Positions 50,714-62,633 of a stretch of 64,000 nucleotides of DNA are shown piece after piece. The translations under genes were made by a program, and so were the position numbers. The notes below the pieces were generated by a model. That model was not told the DNA's origin. It made no database searches and worked only from the letters and a program-made list of their open reading frames with translations. This DNA is from Octopus sinensis. Its lineage: Eukaryota. The stretch is from NCBI RefSeq assembly GCF_006345805.1, contig NC_043024.1:14260001-14324000 (forward strand), written 5' to 3'. Every line of letters begins with the position of its first letter. The stretch's first letter is position 1.

Positions 50714-53700
50714 AGATACTATGGGCATGCTATGTATGTGTGGTGGGTATAAATGCATATAATAAAAGAGTAAAGAGCAGGGTTAATAGCCTCCGTAGTT
50801 AGAGCATCAGTAACCTGAGATGGACAATGGCAGAGCAAGAAGCAGTTTAACAACATCTATAATGCTTCAAAGAGTAACTTGCTTATTTCCACCGCATCTG
50901 TCACTGAAATCTACAAGCATGTAAATGGACCAATGAGGGAGTTTCTGTACATGGCTATGTGGTAAGTAGCTTGCTAACCAACCACATGGTTCCGGGTTCA
51001 GTCCCACTGCGTGGCATCTTGGGCAAGTGTCTTCTGATATAGCCCCAGGCCGACCAATGCCTTGTGAGCGGATTTGGTAGACGGAAACTGAAAGAAGCCT
51101 GTCGAATATATGTATATATATATATGTGTGTGTGTGTGTGTTTGTGCATGTTTGTGTGTCTGTGTTTGTCCCCCTAGGATTGCTTGACAACCGATGCTGG
51201 TGTGTTTACGTCCCCGTCACTTAGCGGTTCGGCAAAAAGAGACCGATAGAATAAGTACTGGGTTTACAAAGAATAAGTCCCGGGGTCGATTTGCTCGACT
51301 AAAGGCGGTGCTCCAGCATGGCCGCAGTCAAATGACTGAAACAAGTAAAAGAGTAAAAAGAGTAAGAGCAACCAAGTCTCCCTCACAACTTGCCGTCTTA
51401 TGAAAATACACATGTTGTTTTCTGGATATACAGCTAATACAGAAGGAAAGGTAATATGGCTATTGGAGGAATAATCTTCGATTATCATAGATCCATCTGT
51501 TCTATCAGATGAACAAAAACAAGAATAGGTATTCAAAATTAGATGAGAAAAGTAAAGGGAAACAATGCACTTAGTTTGTCACACTGCCTTCCAAGCAATA
51601 AACAACTGTGTCAGATTGCACGCAGGGGTGGCTGTGTGGTAAGTAGCTTGCTAACCAACCACATGATTCTGGGTTCAGTCCCACTGCGTGGCATCTTGGG
51701 CAAGTGTCTTCTACTATAGCCTTGGGCCAACCAAAGCCTTGTGAGTGAATTTGATAGATGGAAACTGAAAGAAGCGCATCGTATATATGTATATATATAT
51801 ATGTGTGTGTGTGTGTGTTTGTGCATGTTTGTGTGTCTGTGTTTGTCCCCCTAGCATTGCTTGACAACCGATGCTGGTGTGTTTATGTCCCCGTCACTTA
51901 GCGGTTCGGCAAAAGAGACTGATAGAATAAGTACTGGGTTTACAAAGAATAAGTCCCGGGGTCGATTTGCTTGACTAAAGGCAGTGCTCCAGTATGGCCA
52001 CAGTCAAATGACTGAAACAAGTAAAAAGAGTTAAAAAAAGACACACACACACACTGCTGATAAAGCGTACAGCATGGCTTCCGATCAGGTCAAAGCTTGA
52101 CCTCTCTTAGATAGGGAACTCAGAAATTCACTCTATTGGACAAAGGTTCTTCCAAGTCAAATGTTAATGGACCAATTTCTTAACAAGAACAAAGACAGTT
52201 GCTTTTTTTTTTACCTATTGGGAAGAAGGGGCAAGCCCTCTGAGAGAGATTAAATTGATGTCATTAATGTTTTTCTTGAACCTTTGTGAGTCAATACCTG
52301 CAGGAAAGACATCATCATCATCATTTAACGTCCGTTTTCCATGCTAGCATGGGTTGGACAGTTCGACCGGGGATCTGGGAAGCCAGAGGCTGCACCAGGC
52401 TCCAGTCTGATCTGGCAGTGTTTCTACTGCTGGATGCCCTTCCTAACGCCAACCACTCCATGAGTGTAGTGGGTGCTTTTTACGTGCCACCTGCACAGGT
52501 GCCAGGCAATTGGTGTATTTTACGTGCCACAGGCGAGGCTGGCAATGGCCATGATCGGATTGGTGCATTTTACGTGCCACCGGCACGGAAGCCATAACAG
52601 AGAAATTCCAGTGGGAAGACATTCTGGGAAGTGTAGGGCTGGGGCAGGGTATGAAAAAGAATGTGAGAGAAGGAGAGGAAAAAAGGATGGAAATACTGGA
52701 GTAGGAATACTATCAAGACAACTGGTCTCTTTAGTTTGAAGGGATTACAGGTACTTCCACATTTGGCATATGTGTATATATGGTATGTGTATATATGTGT
52801 ATAAAAGGCGGCGAGCTGGGAGAAACGTTAGCGCGCCAGGCGAAATGCTTAGCGGTATTTTGTCTGTCGTTACGTTCTGAGTTCAAATTCCGCCGTGGTC
52901 GACTTTGCCTTTCATCATTTCGGTGTCAATAAATGAAGTACCAGTTTCGCACTGGGGTCGATGTAATCGACTTAATCCCTTTTTCTGTCCTTGTTTGTCT
53001 CCTCTGTGTTTAGCCCCTTGTGGGTAGTAAAGAAATATATATATGTGTATAAAAGGCGGCGAGCTAGCAGAAACGTTAGTGCGCCAGGCGAAATGCTTAG
53101 CAGTATTTCGTCTGTCGTTACGTTCTGGGTTTAAATTCTACTGAGGTAGACTTTGCCTTTCATCCTTTCGGGGTTGATAAATAAAGTACCAGTTACGCTC
53201 TGGGGTCGATGTAATCGACTTAATCCCTTTGTCTGTCCTTGTTTGTCCCCTCTATGTTTAGCCCCTTGTGGGCAATAAAGAAATATATATGGTGGTGGAC
53301 TCATGGGTGAGAAGGGATAAAATCAGAGGAGAGATACCAAGTGTGTGCAGAGTGGAGCTAACAGTAATTATCTCCACCACTTAAATGCCTGGCAGCACAT
53401 GTGCTTCATTCTTGATCCCTCTGTAACTGTTAGGAAAGTGACTGAAACTAATGTGTTGGGTGTGTCCACCCATACCCCACCATGCAAAAAATTCAGTTCG
53501 TTCATAGTTATCAGGCAAATCTCACCCAACCCCCCAAATGGATGGAATTTACCCAAGGATACAACATTTGCAAGAATAGTGGCTGTGTGGTAAGTAGCTT
53601 GCTTGCCAATCATATGGTTCCAGGTTCATTCCCACTGCATGGCACCTTGGGCAAGTGTCTTCTACTATAGCCTTAGGCTGACCAAAGCCTTGTAAGTGGA

Positions 53701-53769
53701 TTTGGTAGATGAAAACTGAAAGAAGCCCGTCATATATATATGTATGTATATATATATATAAAGAAAAAT

Positions 53770-55892
53770 AAAAAAAAAAAATTTTAATGAGACGGCATAC
53801 AAAAATTTCAAATCGCCTAAACAAACAGATTGAAAGCAGTGAAAAGTCCCGCCTAAAAATAAAACTGTTGGAAATTGAAAAATGTCTGCAACTCTCCCAT
53901 GAAAAAGAAAGAGCAGACAAAGAAGCCTGGGCTATAGACAACATAAAATCTAACCCCAGAGCTTTCTACAGGTATGCCAAAGAAACAGCTACGGTGCACT
54001 GTAGAATAGGGCCACTCCTTGAAAAGGATGGCACACTTACAGGAAAACCAATGAGGGTAAGTGAAATACTGAATGAGCAATTCAAGAGTGTTTTCACTCC
54101 ACCCCTTGGGCATCTCCAAATCACCAATCCAACTGACTTCTTTACCATTGCAGATATAAAATCAGAGGCGGCGACGATAGATTACATCGATATAAAGGAA
54201 GACGATGTAATCAAGGCTATAGATAAAATGAAAACAGACTCAGCTACTGGCCCCGATGGATTCCCGGCAATCCTCCTAAAAGCATGTAAGAGAGTCCTAG
54301 CAAGACCACTGCAGTTCCTCTTTCAGAGCTTCCTTGCAGCTGGCAAACTTCCAAGAAAACTGAAGGAAGGTAAAATATGCCCCATTCATAAAGGAGGTAG
54401 CAGAGCGGAGGCCAAGAACTACAGACCTATCTCTCTGACCTCACACATCAGCAAGGTCATGGAACGAATAGTCAGAAGGAAACTGATCAACTTCCTTGAA
54501 GAGAATGACTTGCTGCACGACACCCAACATGGTTTCCGACCAGGGAGAAGCTGTTTAACTCAGCTCCTGCAGCACTATGACTGGGTGCTGAAACGGCTGC
54601 TCAACCACTCAGATGTGGAAGTCATATATCTCGACTTTGCAAAGGCCTTTGATAAAGTCGATCATGGAATGATATGTCACAAACTGCATGATCTCAACAT
54701 AGTTGGAAAACTGGGAGAATGGCTTCATGACTTTCTGAAAGATAGAAGTCAGGTGGTAGTAGCCAATGGGGCCACTTCCATTAACACGCAAATAGTGAGC
54801 GGTGTTCCGCAGGGCACTGTTCTGGGACCACTACTGTTCATAATGGCCCTCTCAGACATGCCCTCAGCCACGCAGAGAGCCACGATCACAAGTTATGCAG
54901 ATGATACAAAAGTTTCACAGGCAATACAGAACCCTGAGGACACTAAACGCCTGCAATGTGAGCTGGACAAAATATACAAGTGGGCTGAAAAGAATAGCAT
55001 GCAGTTCAATGCTGAAAAGTTTCAAGCTTTATACTATCAGCATACAAAACTAAATGCAATACCCAATGAATACACTGGACCCGGAGGAATAGCAATCCCA
55101 GAGGCACAATCAGTGCGTGACCTGGGTATTTACATGAGTGATGACGCAACCTTTTGTGTATATGTTGCTAAATTGGCAATGAAATGTAGACGACTGGCCG
55201 GATGGATCCTCAGAACCTTTAGAACAAGAGAACAAGAAACCATGATGGTCCTCTGGAGGACACTTGTCCTAAGCCACTTTGACTACTGCTCTCAGTTATG
55301 GTCACCATCCAGTGTCAAGTTGATCACAGAGCTCGAGGCGATCCAACGCAGCTACACGAAGAAAATAGCCTCTATGCAGAATGTAAGCTACTGGGAAAGA
55401 CTCAAGAGATTAAAACTATATTCCTTGGAGCGTAGGCGGTAAAGATATGCCATAATATACATTTGGAAGATCCTGGAGGGACGTGTCCTAAACTTTGGCA
55501 TCGAGAGTTACGCAAATGCCAGAACTGGGCACCACTGCGTGGTGCCTAGGACTCCAAGTTTGCCATCAAGATGTAGGACAAGATTCTGTGATAGCCTGGG
55601 CTTCCGTGGCCCACAGCTCTTCAATATCCTCCCGAAGAACCTGAGAGACCTGCATGGGGTGGATGCGGATGTCTTTAAAATGAAACTGGATCTCTTCCTG
55701 TCAGGTGTCCCAGATGAACCAACTTCACGGCTGGAGGTGCAGATGAGGGCAGCTGCATTGAACTCTCCCATGCACCAAATGGCATTTGCTAAAAAGCTTT
55801 CGTGAAGTAAAACCAAGTAGCAACACCAAATGGGGTGCCCCAGCATGGCCACAGCTCATAAGCTGAAACTAGAATCAATCAATCAATCAATC
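53770..55892 (+). mobile_element. 5'-truncated CR1/L2-group LINE with RT domain, one premature stop, (AATC)n tail
   Basis: 551-aa ORF 53787-55442 with RSCLTQLL, YLDFAKAFDKV, PQGTVLGPLLF, YADD; the frame continues past TAA 55440-55442 to about 55805; inserted in the (TA)n of a SINE A copy. Confidence 0.95.
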
Positions 55893-58811
55893 ATATGTAT
55901 GTATGTGTGTGTATATGTTTGTGTGTCTGTGTTTTCCCCCCGACATCGCTTGACAACCAATGCTGGTGTGTTTACGTCCCCTCACTTAGTGGTTCGGCAA
56001 AAAGAGACCGATAGAATAAGTACTGGGCTTACAAAGAATAAGTCCCAGGGTCGATTTGCTCGACTAAAGGCGGTGCTCCAGCATGGCCACAGTCAAATGA
56101 CTGAAACAAGTAAAAGTAAAAGTAAAGTAAAGTAGGCAAATCCAAATGGATGGAATTTACCCAAGGATACAACATTTGCAAGAATAGTGGCTGTGTGGTA
56201 AGTAGCTTGCTTACCAATCACATGGTTCCAGGTTCATTCCCACTGCATGGCACCTTGGGCAAGTGTCTTCTACTATAGCCTTAGGCTGACCAAAGCCTTG
56301 TAAGTGGATTTGGTAGATGAAAACTGAAAGAAGCCCGTCATATATATATGTATATATATATATATATATGTACATGTATGTATGTGTGTGTATATGTTTG
56401 TGTGTCTGTGTTTGTTCCCCCGACATCGCTTGACAACTGATGCTGGTGTGTTTACGTCCCTGTAACTTAGCGGTTCAGTGAAATAGACCAATAGAATAAG
56501 TACTAGGCTTACAAAGAATAAAGGCGACTAAAGGCAGTGCTCCAGCATGGCCACAGTCAAATGACTGGAACAAGTAAAAGAGTAAAATGCTTCTAGGTTA
56601 GATAAACCTTCTACATGGCTGGGGCATGCAAGGAATAACAATTAAATCTCCCTCATACCACTCTACGTACCATCTTCAAATAGCAGACATATTGGAAAAT
56701 GCATTCCATGGAACAGTCATAGTTGGATTACTTTAATCATTACTCATTTTTTTTTTGCCATTTTTCTGCAACTTGTAAGTCCCGACTTAACTCAAAGCAA
56801 ATCAGCTGGCAAGAGACAGCTGTTTTATTTGAGTAACAGGACACACACTCAAATAAAAACGTCTCTCCATGTGGCATCTGAGATTCTAATGACTTGACCG
56901 ATTCTGAGGCACTTCCGAGTTATCAGCAATTTATAGAGATACATTAAAATAAAGCAATATTGACATTAGCTTTCTGTTTCAATTTAGAAACCAATATAGG
57001 AGCATAGCTGTCCTATGTATGTTCTACAATTTGGACGGTTTTCTTAAAATTTCATTTCACTGAATGTTTACTGTCAAAAGAGACAACAGCTGTCTTAATT
57101 GATTTGCCAGGTTTTTCTCAGTCTAATTAAAATGCAGCTGTTAAAGTCACACATATGTACATTGATTATTAAGCTATTATTACTAACGATGTAGAGAAAT
57201 TGTGTTTCTTCGGATAGAAGTCTTCTTAGCCTAATATTTGAAATTATCTGTTAGCAAAGTAATTTAACCCTTTCGTTACCAACCCGGCTGAAACGGGCTC
57301 TGGCTCTGGGTACAAATGTCTTGTTTTCATAAGTTTTGAATTAAAATCTTCCACCAAACCTTAGTAAGAATTTATGTTCCTAACACTAGCTTAATGATGA
57401 CTAAGTTATTTTACTAAATTCTTTGTTATATTTAAAATTAATTGAAAGACACACAGAGCATCTCAAAATAAATACAGTAACGAAAGGGTTAAGGATATAT
57501 GTATGTTACAGCAGATATGGCTGAATGGTTCAAAAGTTCAGTTTACAATCATGAGGTCCTGGGTTCTAAATCAATCTCAGTTGTGTATGAAGAAAAAAAA
57601 AGACATTTCAAAACTGAACAGCAATCACTAGTCCTGTGCCATGTCTTTGACAGTTCTATCTTTGAAGAATTAACAGTTGATCAAGTAAATTAAATGTTTG
57701 CCCATTCAATACTTCCTGAAAGGAGTTTATCCAAATTTATCCAAATGTTTTAGGGGTTCTTTTTTTTTTTGTCTATTTAAAAAGACATTAAAGTCTCACT
57801 CTCTGAAGTAGTGAAGAAAATCGCTACCCACTACCTAAACATACACGTTACTCTATATAAAATATTACACCTGGTGAACAATAACCTGACATAAGTCCTG
57901 GGCTCAGCTGGCTCCGGCTGACAGTACCTGGTATGGGCCCCTATCCAGGGTTACGGAAAGGAGACAACCTTCAAAGTAATCCAGAATGGAGCCCCGTAGG
58001 TGGTTTAGTGTTCGACTCGACACTCTTCCGGTAGCTCCTGCAACCAAGCTGGTGCCAAACGTAATGCTCTGCACTCCTTTGGACTATGTCAGCAAGGTCA
58101 AGAGAGGAATCCTGGTGATTGGGCTGCCCAGGATTTTCTTACATCTAGCCCAGGCCTGCACAAAACTGGAGTGGTCATGAAATGTAAAAACCAGACTGGA
58201 TTAGTTTATGCACAAATCCATTGTCTCTAAAGACAAAAGGATACCAACAATTAAAGTCTCAAAAATCATTCCATTTTCCCTTGATGAATAACAAATGAAT
58301 ATGATAGCAGCTCTTTGAAATATGTCTTTTGTAAAGGGTAATGGTAAAAGAAATGATAAAGGATTAAGACCCTCTTCAGTGAGGATCAACCATGGGACTG
58401 CTCCAAGAAAGTTTCCCTCTGAGGCAAAAGTCTGCACAAAGTTGTTTGTGGAAGACCAACAGTCACCCATGCATACCAATCTTCCCTCTCCATGCCATTG
58501 ATATTGTCCAAAGGAAAGGCAAAGGTCAATACAACTTAGCACCAGTGACATCGCAGCTCATTTCTACAGTTGAGTGAACTGACGTAATGTGAAATAAAAT
58601 ATCTTCCACAAGAACACAACACAGAGCCTCATCGAGGAATCAAACTCACAACCACACAATTGTAAATCCAACGCTCTAACCACTGAGCCATGTGTTTCTT
58701 TGTAAGACACCATAAAATAGATAATAGCAATAATTACTCATTTGCCAATGTATGTTGTTTCTGCACACATTAACATCTTTCCATTGATACAAACCCTTTT
58801 TTTTACTTCAG

Positions 58812-58913
58812 TGTATGACTCTTACCCTGGATCCTGGTGACAACAAATATCCTGGATTGCTTAAAAAATGTCAACTATTAGCGGAAAATCCCTTTCAAGC
58901 CTGTCACAACAAA
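58812..58913 (+). CDS. Exon, C8 domain start
   Basis: ttacttcAG / GTAAGT, 102 nt, phase 0-0: CMTLTLDPGDNKYPGLLKKCQLLAENPFQACHNK (F.xCH motif). Confidence 0.92.
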
Positions 58914-59080
58914 GTAAGTGTTTAATCTTTTTTTAAACTTTGCCTCTCATTTCAGATCCCAAGATTCAACAAACTTATCCAAAACAAAACGAAAAAAAAC
59001 CCCAGAAATTGCCCCACCTTTGTCCTTCCTGTCTTTTGTTTCAGAGCAGTACATATCATAATACTATCTGTGTCCTTCCC

Positions 59081-59389
59081 TTAACCCCAACAATTATTTT
59101 GAAAATAAATGTATTTTTTCAGACATATTTTTTTATTGTTTTATTTTACTATGTTTTAAATGGTGATTTCGAGGTATATTTCAAACCTTATTTATTATGA
59201 ATTTTAATTCAATAATATTGATTTTAAATTAAGGCATTGGGCAAAAACGAGTTAACCCGTTTTTAGACGAAGGAACTCGTTTGCTGTCAATTTTGGCGAG
59301 TCTATCTTTTGACGAGTTAACTCGCCAGAGATGGAAAAAACGATTTCGGTCAAAACGCATATATTCGTTTCTGCCGGGTAAGGGGTTAA
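59081..59389. mobile_element. piggyBac-like MITE (TTAA ends); longer copy at about 21575-22125
   Basis: TTAACCCC..ACAATTATTTTG ... CCGGGTAAGGGGTTAA; shares both ends with the element nested at 21575-22125. Confidence 0.75.
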
Positions 59390-59742
59390 ATTGGTAGGGT
59401 GTAATTTGAGGGTGATTTTGCTGGTACTTCTAGCAGATCAATTGATCCTGTATATGTACTCCATTATGTTATGTAACACTACATAAGGAAAATACGGCAA
59501 ACAACAGAGATGTCAAGAAATAGAACAGAGAAAAAAAATCTGATTTCCTCCATATAAGTCCTGGGGTCACCTTTAATCGAGCACATTGACCCCAGGACTT
59601 ATTTTTTGTAAGCCTACTACTTATTCTATCAGCCTCTTTTTCCGAACTGCTAAATTACGGGGATGTAAACACACCACCATCGGTTGTCAAACGATGATGG
59701 AGGGGAGGGGGGAAAACACAGACACACAAACATATACACATG

Positions 59743-59794
<52 letters not shown>

Positions 59795-60083
59795 TATATA
59801 CGATGGGCTTCTTTCAGTTTCTTTCTTCCAAATCCACTCACAAGGCTTTGGTCAGCCTGAGGCTATAGTAGAAGACACTTGCCGAAGGTGCCACAGAAGA
59901 ATGTGGTTGGTAAGCAAGCTACTTACCACACAGCCACTCCTTGACTTTTTAAGTAAAAAAGTAGATATTTTAACATTTTACTTTAGATCTTTGTCTAATT
60001 CAAAGTAAGTTTTGCATTAAGAACTTGTTACACTCATGGAAAAACAATTTAAAATTTTAAATTCCAAAAATTTTCTTTTGCAG

Positions 60084-60243
60084 GTTGATCCCCTTAGATG
60101 GATCAAGTTATGTGATACAGCAAGTTCTCGAGCCAATTCCTTCAAGGAAGCTTCAAAAATTGTATGCAATATTCTAGCTTCTTACTCTCGAGAATGTAGT
60201 GCAGAAAAGAAAAAAATTCTTTGGAGAAAGAAAGCAAATTGCT
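60084..60243 (+). CDS. Exon, C8 domain remainder
   Basis: ttcttttgcAG / GTGAGT, 160 nt, phase 0-1: VDPLRWIKLCDTASSRANSFKEASKIVCNILASYSRECSAEKKKILWRKKANC. Confidence 0.93.
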
Positions 60244-60523
60244 GTGAGTATATATAAAAACCAAGAATACATATTTAACCAATTTCTTTAAATTCAGCAA
60301 TTTTGGCTTCAGTGTATTCCATAAAGAAATTAGCATAATTGGGGCCAGTTCTAGTCTTCCTAGAAGCAAATATAATCTGTAGATACACTTTTCAGAGAAG
60401 GAAATCTGTTTAGAAGGAGAAGTTCACCTAGACAAAAGTATAGCCCTAACCCTAATGAAATATTGTACAGGGGATAGTAATTGGGGTTTTTTTTGTTGTT
60501 TTAGTTGTATCTGGAGAAAGGTA

Positions 60524-61089
60524 TTGGGTTGTCCGGAAAGTTCATGCCGATTTTTAAAGGAAAGAAAAAGTTCAATAAATACTTGCCATTACATTTTTAA
60601 TCAACCAAATATGAACCATTTTGTTGCACAATGCGTCTCCATCTTTCCTTTAACTTGAAAATACCTTCTTCCCAGAATTCAGGTGGTTTCATGGCAAAGA
60701 ATTCATCAAGGTATCTTTTTACATCATCCAAGGAATTGAAATTTTTACCATTAAGACTATTCTGCAGAGACCTGAATAAGTGGAAATCTGAAGGAGCAAT
60801 ATCTGGTGAATATGGAGGGTGGGGTAACACATCCCAGCTGAGCTGCAGCAATTTTTGTCTGGTTCCCAAAGCATCAAATGCCGAAAATGAACTTTCTTAT
60901 CTTCCATTTTAAAGGGTTACAGAATTAACACAGGTTATAGGAACATAAACCTTCTTCCACGAAAAGATAGCTTAAACTGTGCTCTAAATGGAGGTGTAGT
61001 GAGATCCTATTTAATGGACTCAACCATGTCCTAAAATAAGTCGAAAGGTAAGCCACTATAAATTGGCATGAACTTTCCGGACAACCCAA
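60524..61089 (-). mobile_element. Second copy of the same deleted mariner, TA TSD
   Basis: Intact TIRs and the same deletion junction; a terminal fragment also lies at 49741-49850. Confidence 0.93.
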
Positions 61090-62395
61090 TATTATATGGT
61101 TAGCATTGTTAACTTACAGAATATATATTAATAACTTTTCTTGCCTTGTTTTCATCCTTAACTGAACACATAGATTCTCCAAACGTCTTCAATCTTTTTC
61201 TAAACTCCTAACTTAGTTTCTAACTTACCTTCACCGATTTTGTATCTATTAGGGCATTATCTCTACCTACCAAACATCTGTATAATATGCAACACACCTA
61301 AAGCACTTAACAAGTAGACAATTAGTCAGTGGACAATTAGTATATATATATACATATGTACGACGGGCTTCTTTCAGTTTCCGTCTACCAAATCCACTCA
61401 CAAGGCTTTGGTCGGCCTGAGGCTATAATAGAAGACACTTGCCCAAGCTGCCATGCAGTGGGACTGAACCCGGAACCATGTGGTTGGTAAGTGAGCTACT
61501 TACCACACAGCCACTCCTATGCCTATTGCTGCAGAAAAAGACTGACCTTTGCTGTTTGCTTTGCATCCAACTCCACATCACATATACTAGGTAAATCACA
61601 TCCAAGTCTATCCTTCTTTTCCAGTAAACAGGAATTGGAGGCCGAATTGTTAATATCTCTATATATATAAAACTGAGAATGTGTGTCTGTCTGTCTGTCT
61701 GTGTGTTTCCCTAAAACTTGAGAACTACACAACCAATTTCATTCAAATTTTACACATACCTTACTTAGGGTCCATGTAGTTTCATGAGCAAAAAAAATGT
61801 TCAACTTCTTGCCTAGAGCAAGCCCATAGCAATATCATATCTTCTCCACTATTTCAGTATTACGTGTTAAAAGTGAAACAAAAACATTTCTCTATTTTAT
61901 GTTAGATACTTTCACTTTAACAATAAAAATAATAATAACAATTGAATTATATGTAGTAAGTAATAATTAAAATCAAACTAAAGTATGATATAATCGTAAC
62001 ATAACAAAAGTAAAAATAGCAATTGGTATAAAATTGCATCAAGGATTTGAACTTGAATAAGTGGTTTCACATGAATGGGAATAAATTAAAAATAAAATTA
62101 GCGTGCAGAAATGGAATAGTCCTACAATTCCAGTCTGTTATATATTTTCAGTATTGTTATCACTAGCGATATCAAGATATAACTTTGTATTTTGTATTTT
62201 ATGTGTAGATGTATATATATAGATGTACATGTAATATGTATGCATATATATACACATATATACATGCACTAGCACTATGACCTGGCAAAGACGGGTCATA
62301 ATGCTAGTTTGTAAAAGCATTTTTAAAAATGTATATTTAAATAATTAAATTTTTACTGTTCATTAAGTATCAATTTTTTTTTGTTTTTAAAACAG

Positions 62396-62633
62396 TAAAA
62401 ACATGTCCATTTGGAATGGTATATGATGAATGCACCAGTGCTTGTCCCGCAACTTGTCATACCATTAACATGACATCATCTGAATGTGATTTTTCGTGTG
62501 TACCAACATGTCGCTGCAAGAATAATCTTTTCTATGAAGATGGGAAATGTATAGCACAAAAGAAATGCCCTTGTGAATACCAGAATTATAAATACAAGTC
62601 AGGAGCCACTGTTAGAATGTTATGCAACAAATG
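62396..62633 (+). CDS. Exon, TIL domain plus start of VWC/E-like module
   Basis: aaacAG / GTTGGT, 238 nt, phase 1-2: KTCPFGMVYDECTSACPATCHTINMTSSECDFSCVPTCRCKNNLFYEDGKCIAQKKCPCEYQNYKYKSGATVRMLCNK. Confidence 0.95.
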
